From assembly GCA_027623195.1 (NCBI GenBank), contig JAQBUT010000012.1, positions 1 through 64,000 on the forward strand: a DNA stretch of 64,000 nucleotides, read 5' to 3'. The notes below the pieces were generated by a model. The model had not been told where the DNA came from and made no database searches. It worked only from the letters and a program-made list of their open reading frames with translations. This document shows, piece after piece, positions 48,471 to 56,903 of this stretch. The DNA comes from Chloroflexota bacterium. GTDB taxonomy: Bacteria > Chloroflexota > Dehalococcoidia > Lucifugimonadales > JADFKI01. The position numbers were made by a program, and so were the translations under genes. Each line of letters opens with the position of its first letter. Position 1 is the first letter of the stretch.

Positions 48471-48502
48471 AAGAGGGCTGGTCGCAAGACCAGCCCTTTT
48501 TT
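48471..48502 (+). terminator. Intrinsic terminator
   Basis: AGGGCTGGTC-GCAA-GACCAGCCCT followed by a T run. Confidence 0.9.
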
Positions 48503-48836
48503 GATTTTCACGAAGCGTCGGGGAGTAGCTTTGGTTGTCCTTCTCATACCGAAGTTCTAAGGATATCCCGTGGTGACTTTCTAATATAGACGTACGTATC
48601 CGGAACGCTGTTCACCACCGGTCACTTTGCTTCACTCTTTCCGCACCAACTGTCAGCGAATTGGTACAGGGAATGCCCCTATGTGTTCACGTTGGAATAA
48701 TAAGCTGTGGTTAAGTGTTTCTTAGGCTAAGGTTATGCGTCCATTTTCCGGATGTATGGGAACACACCTTCTAAGGCCGGTGCTGATGAGATCAAAAAGG
48801 ACGCGCCACGGGAAGATGCCCGCAAGGAGGTACGAC

Positions 48837-48956
48837 GTGAGCACAAGAGCAAAGACATTGATGGCACTGGGAGTGATAGCGCTCGCCTCTGTCATGACCT
48901 TTATTTCCGCTAATTGGCAAATTGTAGAAGCTGGTAGACGCTGGAGCAGCGACTAG
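48837..48956 (+). CDS. 39-aa signal-peptide-like microprotein MSTRAKTLMALGVIALASVMTFISANWQIVEAGRRWSSD
   Basis: AAGGAGG RBS 6 nt before GTG; basic N-terminus, hydrophobic core, short polar tail. Confidence 0.6.
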   Translation: MSTRAKTLMALGVIALASVMTFISANWQIVEAGRRWSSD

Positions 48957-49024
48957 ACCCTCGCACCTATCATCAGCTCGGCCGCTCTAACCCTTTCATC
49001 CATAGCCCACAATCCCTGTAAGAG

Positions 49025-49990
49025 CTAGTCTACGGACTGCTTGGTCACGGCCTCTATCATCGCTTGTATGTACCCGTTTGCAAACGCCCGTCCACGATGG
49101 CCCCACTCGGTATCCTGGTGAGTGTGCGGCACATGGTCGTCAATGAAGAAGCTGTCGAACCCAACCTCGTGGTATATCTTCATCGCCCGGTACATGTCTA
49201 CGTAGCCAGTGTTGATAAACTCCTCATGGAATTTGGGGACCTGGCCTGATACATTTCTGAAGTGTACATACAGGATCTTCTTGCGCTCGCCAAAGTACCG
49301 TATCATTTCGTAAATGTCGTCCCCTTGCATCTCGGAGAACGTCCCCTGGCAGAACTCGATGGCGTTGCAGTCCGAAGGGACTATCTCGACAAGACGCCTG
49401 TAGGAGTCGAAGCTCCTCAGCAACTGGGGTATGCCTCCGAGAGCCTCCACTGGCGGGTCGCAGGGATGTATGCCCAGGCGAATGCCCTCCTCCTCAGCGA
49501 CGGGAGTGATGATCTTGATCCAGTACTCCAGGTTGTCCCACATCTCCTCTTCCGTGTAGGCCCGGTCGTGGGTTAGCGGCAAGGCTTTGGCCTCCTCGTA
49601 ATCGAAGGCGGTGGCAAGAGCGCCGCAGCGAATGACGGCGGGGGTCGTGCGCCAGACGTGGGAGGGCATCCAGTTGTAGCCGAAGATAGGAATGCCGGCG
49701 CGGGCGATGTTGCGTACGGTGTAGATCATGTTCTCGATCTGCTCGTCGCGGCGGGGGCCTGCCAGCATGATGTGGTCGTAGAAGCTGGTGGGAACGTTCT
49801 CGATTGCGGAAAGCTTGGGGCCGTGCTGTTCTACTGCTAGGCGCAACTTAACCAGGTCGTGCAACTCCCAGCGTCCACCAGCGCCAGGTAGATCGGGATT
49901 ATTCAGAAGCACGTCAGTGGCGCCGTACTGACCCGCGAACCTCAGGTACTCTGGTGTGGCCTGTCTGAACTGCCCAAATCCTGCGCGCAT
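49025..49990 (-). CDS. uxuA: Mannonate dehydratase family protein
   Basis: YNWMP, HPCDPP, FCQG, VHFRNV and DHVP motifs. Confidence 0.85.
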   Translation of the reverse strand: MRAGFGQFRQATPEYLRFAGQYGATDVLLNNPDLPGAGGRWELHDLVKLRLAVEQHGPKLSAIENVPTSFYDHIMLAGPRRDEQIENMIYTVRNIARAGIPIFGYNWMPSHVWRTTPAVIRCGALATAFDYEEAKALPLTHDRAYTEEEMWDNLEYWIKIITPVAEEEGIRLGIHPCDPPVEALGGIPQLLRSFDSYRRLVEIVPSDCNAIEFCQGTFSEMQGDDIYEMIRYFGERKKILYVHFRNVSGQVPKFHEEFINTGYVDMYRAMKIYHEVGFDSFFIDDHVPHTHQDTEWGHRGRAFANGYIQAMIEAVTKQSVD

Positions 49991-50098
49991 GGTTTTCTCC
50001 TGATGGGGTTGATTTCTGTTGGTATGATAACATCATTTAATTGCACGATCGATCTGGAAAGTCGCGATGGCTAGCGTGGGTGCATAGGAAATTGAATC

Positions 50099-50950
50099 AT
50101 GGAAAAATCTGAGATGGCCCAAGAATTAGAAATTGTCACGACACCCACATTTGAGTGGCTGGCTGAAAATATCAAGACTTGTCGAAGCCGACTAGTCATA
50201 GGAAGTCCTTACATAAATGGTGGCCTCAAGCAGGTTATGAACCTCATTAATGAGGATGTGCCGAGAACGTTGGTTACCAGAACCGACCTTCGGGACTTCG
50301 CTGTAGGGGCTTCAAATCTTCTCACTCTTTGTTCTCTATCGAGAGAAGGCGTAGATGTACGCACCCTTAGCGATATTCACGCCAAGGTATATGTCGTGGA
50401 CGACTCGGTGGCATTGGTGACTTCAGCAAACGCGACTTTTTCAGGGCTCCATCGAAATAGGGAATGCGGATTGGCCACGCGTAATCCTCTTATGGCCAGA
50501 AGACTCGCGGAATCCGTTTTAAGTGGCTTCGGTGCTGAAAGGCCGCCCCGCAGGATGTCATTAAAGGACTTGGAAGGTCTGCATGATTCTCTCGAATCCG
50601 TCAAGGTCACGATGCCGGCACTCACAAAGTTTGAACATCAGGGAGATAGCGACTCTTTTGGTGAAGCGGAATTCAAAATCACGGACATGACGAAATTGCT
50701 GCAAGGTTTTAGCGGGTGGCGGAGACTCACCTTGCGGGGAGTATTGCAGATGCCGGACAGTTTTTTTCGTATGGATGATATTTTTGAAGCCTGCGCCTCC
50801 GACGCTGCCAAAGAATATCCTAAAAATCGCCATGTCCATGCGAAATTGCGTCAGCAGCTTCAGAACTTGCGCGAACATGGTATCGTTGAATTTGTTGATA
50901 ATAGAGGGCGATATAAACGCCTATTGGAAGGGGAGGCCTCTAAGGAATGA
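50099..50950 (+). CDS. PLD-family nuclease fused to a DpnI-type winged-helix domain (candidate modification-dependent restriction endonuclease)
   Basis: Single HxKxxxxD (HAKVYVVD) plus SANAT..G...N.E; C-terminus YPKNRHVHAKLRQQLQNLREHGIVEF...GRY. Confidence 0.8.
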   Translation: MEKSEMAQELEIVTTPTFEWLAENIKTCRSRLVIGSPYINGGLKQVMNLINEDVPRTLVTRTDLRDFAVGASNLLTLCSLSREGVDVRTLSDIHAKVYVVDDSVALVTSANATFSGLHRNRECGLATRNPLMARRLAESVLSGFGAERPPRRMSLKDLEGLHDSLESVKVTMPALTKFEHQGDSDSFGEAEFKITDMTKLLQGFSGWRRLTLRGVLQMPDSFFRMDDIFEACASDAAKEYPKNRHVHAKLRQQLQNLREHGIVEFVDNRGRYKRLLEGEASKE

Positions 50951-51180
50951 TGGATCAAACGCTACGGCTCGAAGTAGATGTAAAGTTCTTTCAACTTGAA
51001 GAATCTGCCGAAGCGGAATCTCTGGCCAAGCAGATAGATGGCGCGGTTTATACTTGGAAGACCATTAGGACGGTAAATTGGCTGGAGCATGGATTCAGAA
51101 ATGTTGACGCGCTCGGTCTCGTAGTGCTTCCGCGTTTACTACCCGATGAAATTCAGATGTCGGACGATCCTGAGGAGTAA
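50947..51180 (+). CDS. Small acidic hypothetical protein
   Basis: ATGA overlap with the nuclease stop; GGAGG upstream. Confidence 0.6.
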   Translation: MMDQTLRLEVDVKFFQLEESAEAESLAKQIDGAVYTWKTIRTVNWLEHGFRNVDALGLVVLPRLLPDEIQMSDDPEE

Positions 51181-51225
51181 TGTGAAGCAATCAATTGTGA
51201 GAATTCGATTTTGTAGTTGGCTGGG

Positions 51226-51690
51226 TTAGCCCGCCTTCCAGAGCTTGCGTGTCCATGTCTCATTGTTCTCAAGTATCGCGAAGGCGACGCTTTCGATGTC
51301 GATGGAAAAGAGGTGGAACGGAGAGCCGTCTGCGGTGGGGTCCAAGCCCAACTTCTCAAAAAAGGCCTTTGCATATCGCTGCCGTAGATCGGGGTCCTGG
51401 ATGTCTACGGCGCGGCCATATACCTTGAACTCGCCTTCGGTGCCGTCCTTGTTGGAGATGGTGTTGTGCACCGTACAGCGAGGGTCGCGCAGTAGGTCGA
51501 GGGCTTTGCGGGACTGCCACATCATGCCCAGATACAGGCGACCGCCTGTAATGAGGGGTTCGACAGGGCTAATACGTGGCCACCCGTCTTTACGTAGTGT
51601 TGCGATGAGGACGAGGCCGGTGCGGTTGAAGCGCTCCTCGCCCAGGTTAGCCAGGTCTGGGTCGCTTTGCCAGAGTTCATCCCAGATCAT
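51226..51690 (-). CDS. Pyridoxamine 5'-phosphate oxidase-family (split-barrel, possibly F420-binding) protein
   Basis: ATLRKDGWPRISPV and K..DL.RDPR motifs. Confidence 0.85.
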   Translation of the reverse strand: MIWDELWQSDPDLANLGEERFNRTGLVLIATLRKDGWPRISPVEPLITGGRLYLGMMWQSRKALDLLRDPRCTVHNTISNKDGTEGEFKVYGRAVDIQDPDLRQRYAKAFFEKLGLDPTADGSPFHLFSIDIESVAFAILENNETWTRKLWKAG

Positions 51691-51764
51691 TGTTTCGTCC
51701 AGATGGCGACGCGAAGTGAGATGGGCCGGGTCGCATCGCATTCAGATTATGAATTAGCCGACCT

Positions 51765-52376
51765 TTACCCTAAAGCGATTCGAACCATGTTCTTTTCCAG
51801 CGCTGTGCCCAACTGGGTTGCAAGGTCCAGACGCTGATGATCTCCGTGGGTGCCCACAAAGGCGACCCCCAGCAGGCGACCCAGGCGAAAGTCGACGATA
51901 GTGACGGAGACCAGCTTGTCGTCTTCGTTGTGCAGCGCCTTTAACGCGACTGCTTCATCGAAGAACCCCTTAGGCTCAAGACGCTCTACAGCCACCAGCT
52001 CCTGTTCGTTGTCTAGCTTGGTGCCAATGTTCTCCTCGAAGTCGTGAAGAAACACATCATGCATCCATGTGTGAACGGACTCAGGTGAGTCGAATAGGTG
52101 AACTACGGTGGCCGCCATGAAATTCGTGCCGTCACCTGACGTGGAAGAGCCGTTGAATTCGCGCATGTAGCCGTTAATCCGCCCGATCTTTTGGAAGCGT
52201 TTTGCGCTGCTCCCCGGAAAGCCCTGATCGGCCATCATCTTGTTCGTCAGAGGGCCCTCGCGTCCGACCTTGTAATCCTTGAATTCGGATAGCAAGTCCT
52301 TCTGCTCCAGAGCCATGCGCTCTAAATCTTCTTCAGCTACTTCGGATGTGGCACGTTCTAGTGAGGTTGTAGTCAA
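51765..52376 (-). CDS. Hypothetical protein
   Basis: AGGAG RBS before TTG; 203-aa ORF co-oriented with neighbours. Confidence 0.7.
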   Translation of the reverse strand: MTTTSLERATSEVAEEDLERMALEQKDLLSEFKDYKVGREGPLTNKMMADQGFPGSSAKRFQKIGRINGYMREFNGSSTSGDGTNFMAATVVHLFDSPESVHTWMHDVFLHDFEENIGTKLDNEQELVAVERLEPKGFFDEAVALKALHNEDDKLVSVTIVDFRLGRLLGVAFVGTHGDHQRLDLATQLGTALEKNMVRIALG

Positions 52377-52477
52377 ATAATGTCTCCTGGAAACCTAGTA
52401 GTCTGTTACTGGATTACAAAGTCTTACATATATATGATAACGCAAACTAGCGACGCGGGCATGCCCTTGTGGCTAAT

Positions 52478-53524
52478 TTAGCCACAGACCATGGGGTAGA
52501 CATGGAGACTTCGGGACATTTCCACTGGAATCTGACTGCCTTTCCAACTGTCGCCGCCGTCTTCGCTGGCGAAGAAGTGACCGTAATTGGTGGTGCAGTA
52601 AATCCTATCAGGGACGGCTCGGTCGATGGCCACCTGGAACATTCGACCAGGAGGAGTACTGCCCAGATCCAGCCGCTCCCAGGTGTCTCCCAGGTCGCGG
52701 GTACGGAATACGGCTCCGGCCTCCTCGGTCCCTGCAGGCGCTCCGCCACCACCAGCGCCGGCCGCCAGGTAGATCGTCCTGGGATCGTCGGGCGCGACCG
52801 TTAGCCCACGGCAGTAGGAGCCGCCGGGGAACATCTCGCCGAACCGCATGTGCTCCCAGTGCCGGCCTCTGTCGGGGCTGCGGAACATGGCCACCTGGGC
52901 AATTATGAATACCATGCCCGGAGAGGCAGAGCTGACCTGGACGCCATGCAGGTCGACAGTGTGGTTATCCCTGTAAAGGCCATCGGTGATGGAGTCCCAG
53001 CTCTCCCCGCCGTCGCGACTGGCCAGCAGGCCGCCCACCTCTATGGAGGCGTAAACGTCGTTGGCGTCGGATGGGTCCACGGCGATGCCAATTACGCGCT
53101 TGGCCAGAGGCGGCATGTATGTGGTTACGTCGGGATAGTGGATTCGGCTGGTGTCCGCCTGCTTCCAGCTCTCGCCTCCGTTGTACGAGGTGTAGATGGA
53201 ACAGGGCTCGTAACCGGCGAATACGATGTCCGGGTTGCTCGGATGGAAAGCCAGGGACCACACGTCCTGCCTGGGGGTATTCAGGGCCTGCCAACTGTCT
53301 CCGCGGTCGTCGCTGCGGTAAACCCCGGATTGAGTGCCAGCGTAGACGGTGGCCGGATTATTCGGGTGTATGGCCAGGGCGCGCACCTGGGGATTATCCG
53401 GGAGGCCCTTGGCAATACTTTGCCAGTCCCCGCCGTTCATGCGCATCATACCGCCCTGGGCGAGGTTGTCCCCTTCGCCTCCCAGGCCGACGTATACGTA
53501 GGTTTGGTGATTGGCTGTGGTCAT
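52478..53524 (-). CDS. BNR/Asp-box repeat beta-propeller protein (no signal peptide)
   Basis: Repeated S.D.G.SW Asp-boxes. Confidence 0.88.
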   Translation of the reverse strand: MTTANHQTYVYVGLGGEGDNLAQGGMMRMNGGDWQSIAKGLPDNPQVRALAIHPNNPATVYAGTQSGVYRSDDRGDSWQALNTPRQDVWSLAFHPSNPDIVFAGYEPCSIYTSYNGGESWKQADTSRIHYPDVTTYMPPLAKRVIGIAVDPSDANDVYASIEVGGLLASRDGGESWDSITDGLYRDNHTVDLHGVQVSSASPGMVFIIAQVAMFRSPDRGRHWEHMRFGEMFPGGSYCRGLTVAPDDPRTIYLAAGAGGGGAPAGTEEAGAVFRTRDLGDTWERLDLGSTPPGRMFQVAIDRAVPDRIYCTTNYGHFFASEDGGDSWKGSQIPVEMSRSLHVYPMVCG

Positions 53525-53569
53525 TGCTGGCCTCCTTATTGCAAGCGTCGTAGGGGTAGTGGCTGTTGC

Positions 53570-54508
53570 TTAACCCTTCAAACTCAAAGTCTGCTCTGGG
53601 AATAGCTCTTCGGGCTGGAAGGCTGTTGGTATTATCTTTTGGTCCACGTTGAACTGGATAAACTGCTCCAGCGTATGGCGCGTGCCCTCGAAATCATAAG
53701 GGATGGGGTCGCCACCCGCGATCCTTCCCATCTTGATCTGCTCCTCATCATGAGCGTTGGCCGGGCCTTGAGACTGCAGTCGGTCGATGTAGGGCTTCTT
53801 GGCATCTGCGAATAAAGAGAACAACTCTTCGGCCAACCAGGGCTCTGCGGCCAATAGCTCGTCCTTCACTACCAGCAGGTGGCTGATGGGGTAGATTCGG
53901 GTCTGGTTGTGCCAGGCCTTGTCGTCCTCATCGGCATTGGGGAAGAGAGGCCGGACTTTCGGCGAGTCGATAGGGCCTGCGCCGATGGCGGCGTCAACCT
54001 CTCCCGACAACAGCATCTCTGCGACGCTGTCCATTTCGGAGGAGATGACGTTGGGAGGATAAACGTACTCTGCCACATGCTCGTCGCCGGACAGCACCCA
54101 GGTTACGGAATCCAGGTCCAGGCCGTACTGGTCCTTGAGGATAGCCTTCGTCCATATGCCGGGTGTGAGGGTATAGCTTCGCAGTCCAATCCTCTTGCCA
54201 GCCAGGTCGGCAGGGGACTGAATGCCCGAGTCGACGTTTACGGCAACACCTCCGTGGTAGAAGGCGCGGGTTAGGAAGATGGGCAGTGCGGTGAAGGCTT
54301 TGCCGTGATGCTTGGCGCACAGGTAGGTGGAAAGCGCCATCTCTGCGACATCGAACTCCAGGCCGCGCACCATTCGACGAAAGATCATCGGTACAGGTGT
54401 GATCTCGACATGTTCCAGGTCGAATCTGTCGGACTTAACGGAGCCGTCCTTAAGGCCCTCGGTCTGACCGTAGTTGCCGATGGCGGTTTTAAGCACGAGG
54501 CTTGGCAT
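53570..54508 (-). CDS. 4,5-dihydroxyphthalate decarboxylase-like / PBP2-fold protein
   Basis: FRRMV...EFDVAEM, LPIF..R.F, DLAGKRIG and YPISHL patterns; no signal peptide. Confidence 0.8.
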   Translation of the reverse strand: MPSLVLKTAIGNYGQTEGLKDGSVKSDRFDLEHVEITPVPMIFRRMVRGLEFDVAEMALSTYLCAKHHGKAFTALPIFLTRAFYHGGVAVNVDSGIQSPADLAGKRIGLRSYTLTPGIWTKAILKDQYGLDLDSVTWVLSGDEHVAEYVYPPNVISSEMDSVAEMLLSGEVDAAIGAGPIDSPKVRPLFPNADEDDKAWHNQTRIYPISHLLVVKDELLAAEPWLAEELFSLFADAKKPYIDRLQSQGPANAHDEEQIKMGRIAGGDPIPYDFEGTRHTLEQFIQFNVDQKIIPTAFQPEELFPEQTLSLKG

Positions 54509-54731
54509 GAGGGAGTCTCCCGAAATGGATGAGTCTAACGCCCCACATGATAATGGCTATGGGGCATACGGGCAATGTTGGGCGATTCGGAGATTTTCTT
54601 GGGGAGTTTTGATGCTGCCAGAGCCGCCGTGCGCCGTCGCCGGGAGTTATGGTCCCGACGACGAGTCTGTGAGGTTTATTAGCAGGGGCAGATAGGAGCA
54701 CGTCTTATTAACGCCGCCCATTCAGGCCTGA

Positions 54732-55397
54732 TTACAGCTCGAAGGTCTTTCTCCAGATGCCGGGAGAGTCTGGCAGGTGCAGCATGGTCTTCTGCCAGTA
54801 CTCGTTGGCGGGATTTAGCCCGCGCTGGTGGTTCCACTCGTCGCTCTTGGAGACGTTCTCGTGCTCGAAGTCGTAGACGGTTAGGTACTTCGGCTGACCC
54901 TCTGCGGCCAGGAATCGGCGACCGCTGATGACGCCGGGAACCTTCTCGTAATTGGGGATATAGATTGTGTTGTACCAGTCGTTCCATCCGTCTTCGTCCT
55001 CGGGCTTGATGTTGATGCGACCAATTTGAAGGGCGGGAGCCATGCCTCTGTTGGCCATATCGTCGGAGAGCTTGTCGGGTAGGAACATCTTGTAGGTGTT
55101 GCGGATGAAGGTGGTGCCAATGACGTCGGGCGAGACTCTTTTCGTCCACTCGGAGGGGTTGGCGCGTACCTTCTGGTACTCCGGCGTCTCCAGGGCGGCC
55201 AGGCTTTCCAACTCGTACATGGCCAGGTGCTTGGGGCCGGTGGTAACGACCTCATAGCGTGCGGCGTTAAGGAAGCCGGGGCAGGCCATGCGCTCTATTA
55301 TGTGCTCTTCTGTGTACCAGGCGTTAAAGTCGTCTTCCAGTTCAGCAGGGACGTCTGCCCAGACCATCATGAGGGCGGTGCCTTTTTTGTTTGGCAT
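54732..55397 (-). CDS. Tandem dimeric alpha-beta barrel (DUF4286/EthD-like) protein
   Basis: Two copies of E..FN.WY...H/Y.....PG....R.......K.L..Y. Confidence 0.8.
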   Translation of the reverse strand: MPNKKGTALMMVWADVPAELEDDFNAWYTEEHIIERMACPGFLNAARYEVVTTGPKHLAMYELESLAALETPEYQKVRANPSEWTKRVSPDVIGTTFIRNTYKMFLPDKLSDDMANRGMAPALQIGRINIKPEDEDGWNDWYNTIYIPNYEKVPGVISGRRFLAAEGQPKYLTVYDFEHENVSKSDEWNHQRGLNPANEYWQKTMLHLPDSPGIWRKTFEL

Positions 55398-55440
55398 GTT
55401 TTGGATATCTCCTAAATGGGTGTTGGGTTTTATTACCATC

Positions 55441-55557
55441 CCTCCCGCCCGGACGGGATTTGTTTAGCAGGGGACACATCCCACAGGCCCCCTGCGAGAG
55501 AGGATTCCTCTCTCGATTCCCTTTATTGTTGTCCCTCACCGGGATTCCTGCGGGAGG
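55441..55557. repeat. Nested-palindrome intergenic element (REP/MITE-like)
   Basis: CCTCCCGC/GCGGGAGG ends enclosing GCAGGGG/CCCCTGC and CGAGAGAGG-ATT-CCTCTCTCG hairpins. Confidence 0.45.
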
Positions 55558-55577
55558 AAAGGGCTAGTTTTTATAAA

Positions 55578-56762
55578 TTAGTCGGCGGAGACGGGTTGCT
55601 GGACGCGGCCTTTGAAGGCGGGCATTATCTCCTTGGAGAACCGCTCTAGCTGCTCCAGAATTACCGATTGCGGGGTGCCGACTGGTTGGCCTACGCTAAT
55701 ACGGTCGAGGCCAGGGTATCGCTCTTCCAGCGACTTGAGCTGTGCGATGATGTGCTCGGGAGGTCCCGTCAGGAAGCCACCTGACTTCACTGCTTCGTCG
55801 ATCTTTGGCAGGTCTGCTGTGGGTGCCTTGGTTGGGTCGGACATTATGTCGATCTGCTCTTCGCTCAGCGCTCGTACCAGGCGTAGGGGCCCGAACATTT
55901 TCAGGTTCTCTTCGTAGTACTTGCCGGCGGCCTTTATGCCTTCCTCAACAGTGTCTGCAATGTAGAAATGGAAGCCGAAGCTGAGGTTTTCACCTAGTTG
56001 AAGCTTCTTGCCAGCTCGGGCGTTGGCTTGCTGGAAGGCCTCCACAACACGGTGCATGGCTCCGCCTTCGGCAACGCCGCCGCCTATTACGCCCTTGATG
56101 CCGTGCTTGGCCATGAAGTCCAGAGCGCGCGGGGTGGCGCTTTGCACCGGCTGCCAGCACTCCACAGGGTTTACGGGCCTTGGTACCACTGTAATCTCCT
56201 CCAACTGGTAGCCGCGATAGGGAACGCTGGGAGGCAAGGTGTAGTACTTACCTTTGTGGGAGAAGGACTCGTTATTGAATGCCTTGAAGACGATGTCAAC
56301 CTGCTCCTCGAACAGATCGCGGTTGGCCTCCTGGTCGAACAGAGGCGAGCCGAAGGTTTCGATCTCGCGGCTGTGGTAGCCTCGGCCCACGCCAAAGCGG
56401 ACTCGACCGCCTGTTAGGTAATCGGCGGTGGCGTAGTCTTCAGCAAGACGCAGGGGATGCCACATAGGTGCGATGTTGAAACCGCAGCCGAGCATGATGT
56501 TCTTGGTGATATGGGCCAGGTGCACTGCCGTAAGCAGTATGTTCGGCAGACACTCGTAGCCCTCGGGCTGGAAGTGGTGTTCTGCCATCCATAAGGTATC
56601 AAAACCGCTCTTGTCCATGAGCTTGGCGATGGCATCAGTCTTGTCATAGGCTGTCGCAAGCTGCTTGTTGGAGAACTTGCGGTCGTTGACGGCAGTGCCG
56701 CCGTAACCGACGTTCTCCATGTCTATGTGTCCAGCGAAAAGGCTGTCGAACTTTGTAATCAT
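55578..56762 (-). CDS. Luciferase-like monooxygenase (LLM class flavin/F420-dependent oxidoreductase)
   Basis: WMAEHHF, HPLRLAED, GVGRGY and PRP motifs; GGAGG RBS before ATG 56762. Confidence 0.92.
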   Translation of the reverse strand: MITKFDSLFAGHIDMENVGYGGTAVNDRKFSNKQLATAYDKTDAIAKLMDKSGFDTLWMAEHHFQPEGYECLPNILLTAVHLAHITKNIMLGCGFNIAPMWHPLRLAEDYATADYLTGGRVRFGVGRGYHSREIETFGSPLFDQEANRDLFEEQVDIVFKAFNNESFSHKGKYYTLPPSVPYRGYQLEEITVVPRPVNPVECWQPVQSATPRALDFMAKHGIKGVIGGGVAEGGAMHRVVEAFQQANARAGKKLQLGENLSFGFHFYIADTVEEGIKAAGKYYEENLKMFGPLRLVRALSEEQIDIMSDPTKAPTADLPKIDEAVKSGGFLTGPPEHIIAQLKSLEERYPGLDRISVGQPVGTPQSVILEQLERFSKEIMPAFKGRVQQPVSAD

Positions 56763-56903
56763 GTAGCGCCTCCATAGGGCTAATATCGTTCCGTATGCGC
56801 CTATTGTAAACTGGTAACATGCGAAGTCAAATTCGTTGTCTGGTTTTTTTAGAAAAATTAGGATATTTAGGCTAATTAAGCCAAATCGAAAGGTCTGAAT
56901 TTT

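Noticed and set aside
48740..48806. GCTGATGA as a hammerhead ribozyme or fluoride riboswitch core
   Set aside because: No stem II plus GAAA, and no matching fluoride pseudoknot partner.
52420..52448. dif-like site (TATGTAA arm)
   Set aside because: Poor match in both Xer arms; better explained as promoter sequence of the downstream minus-strand gene.
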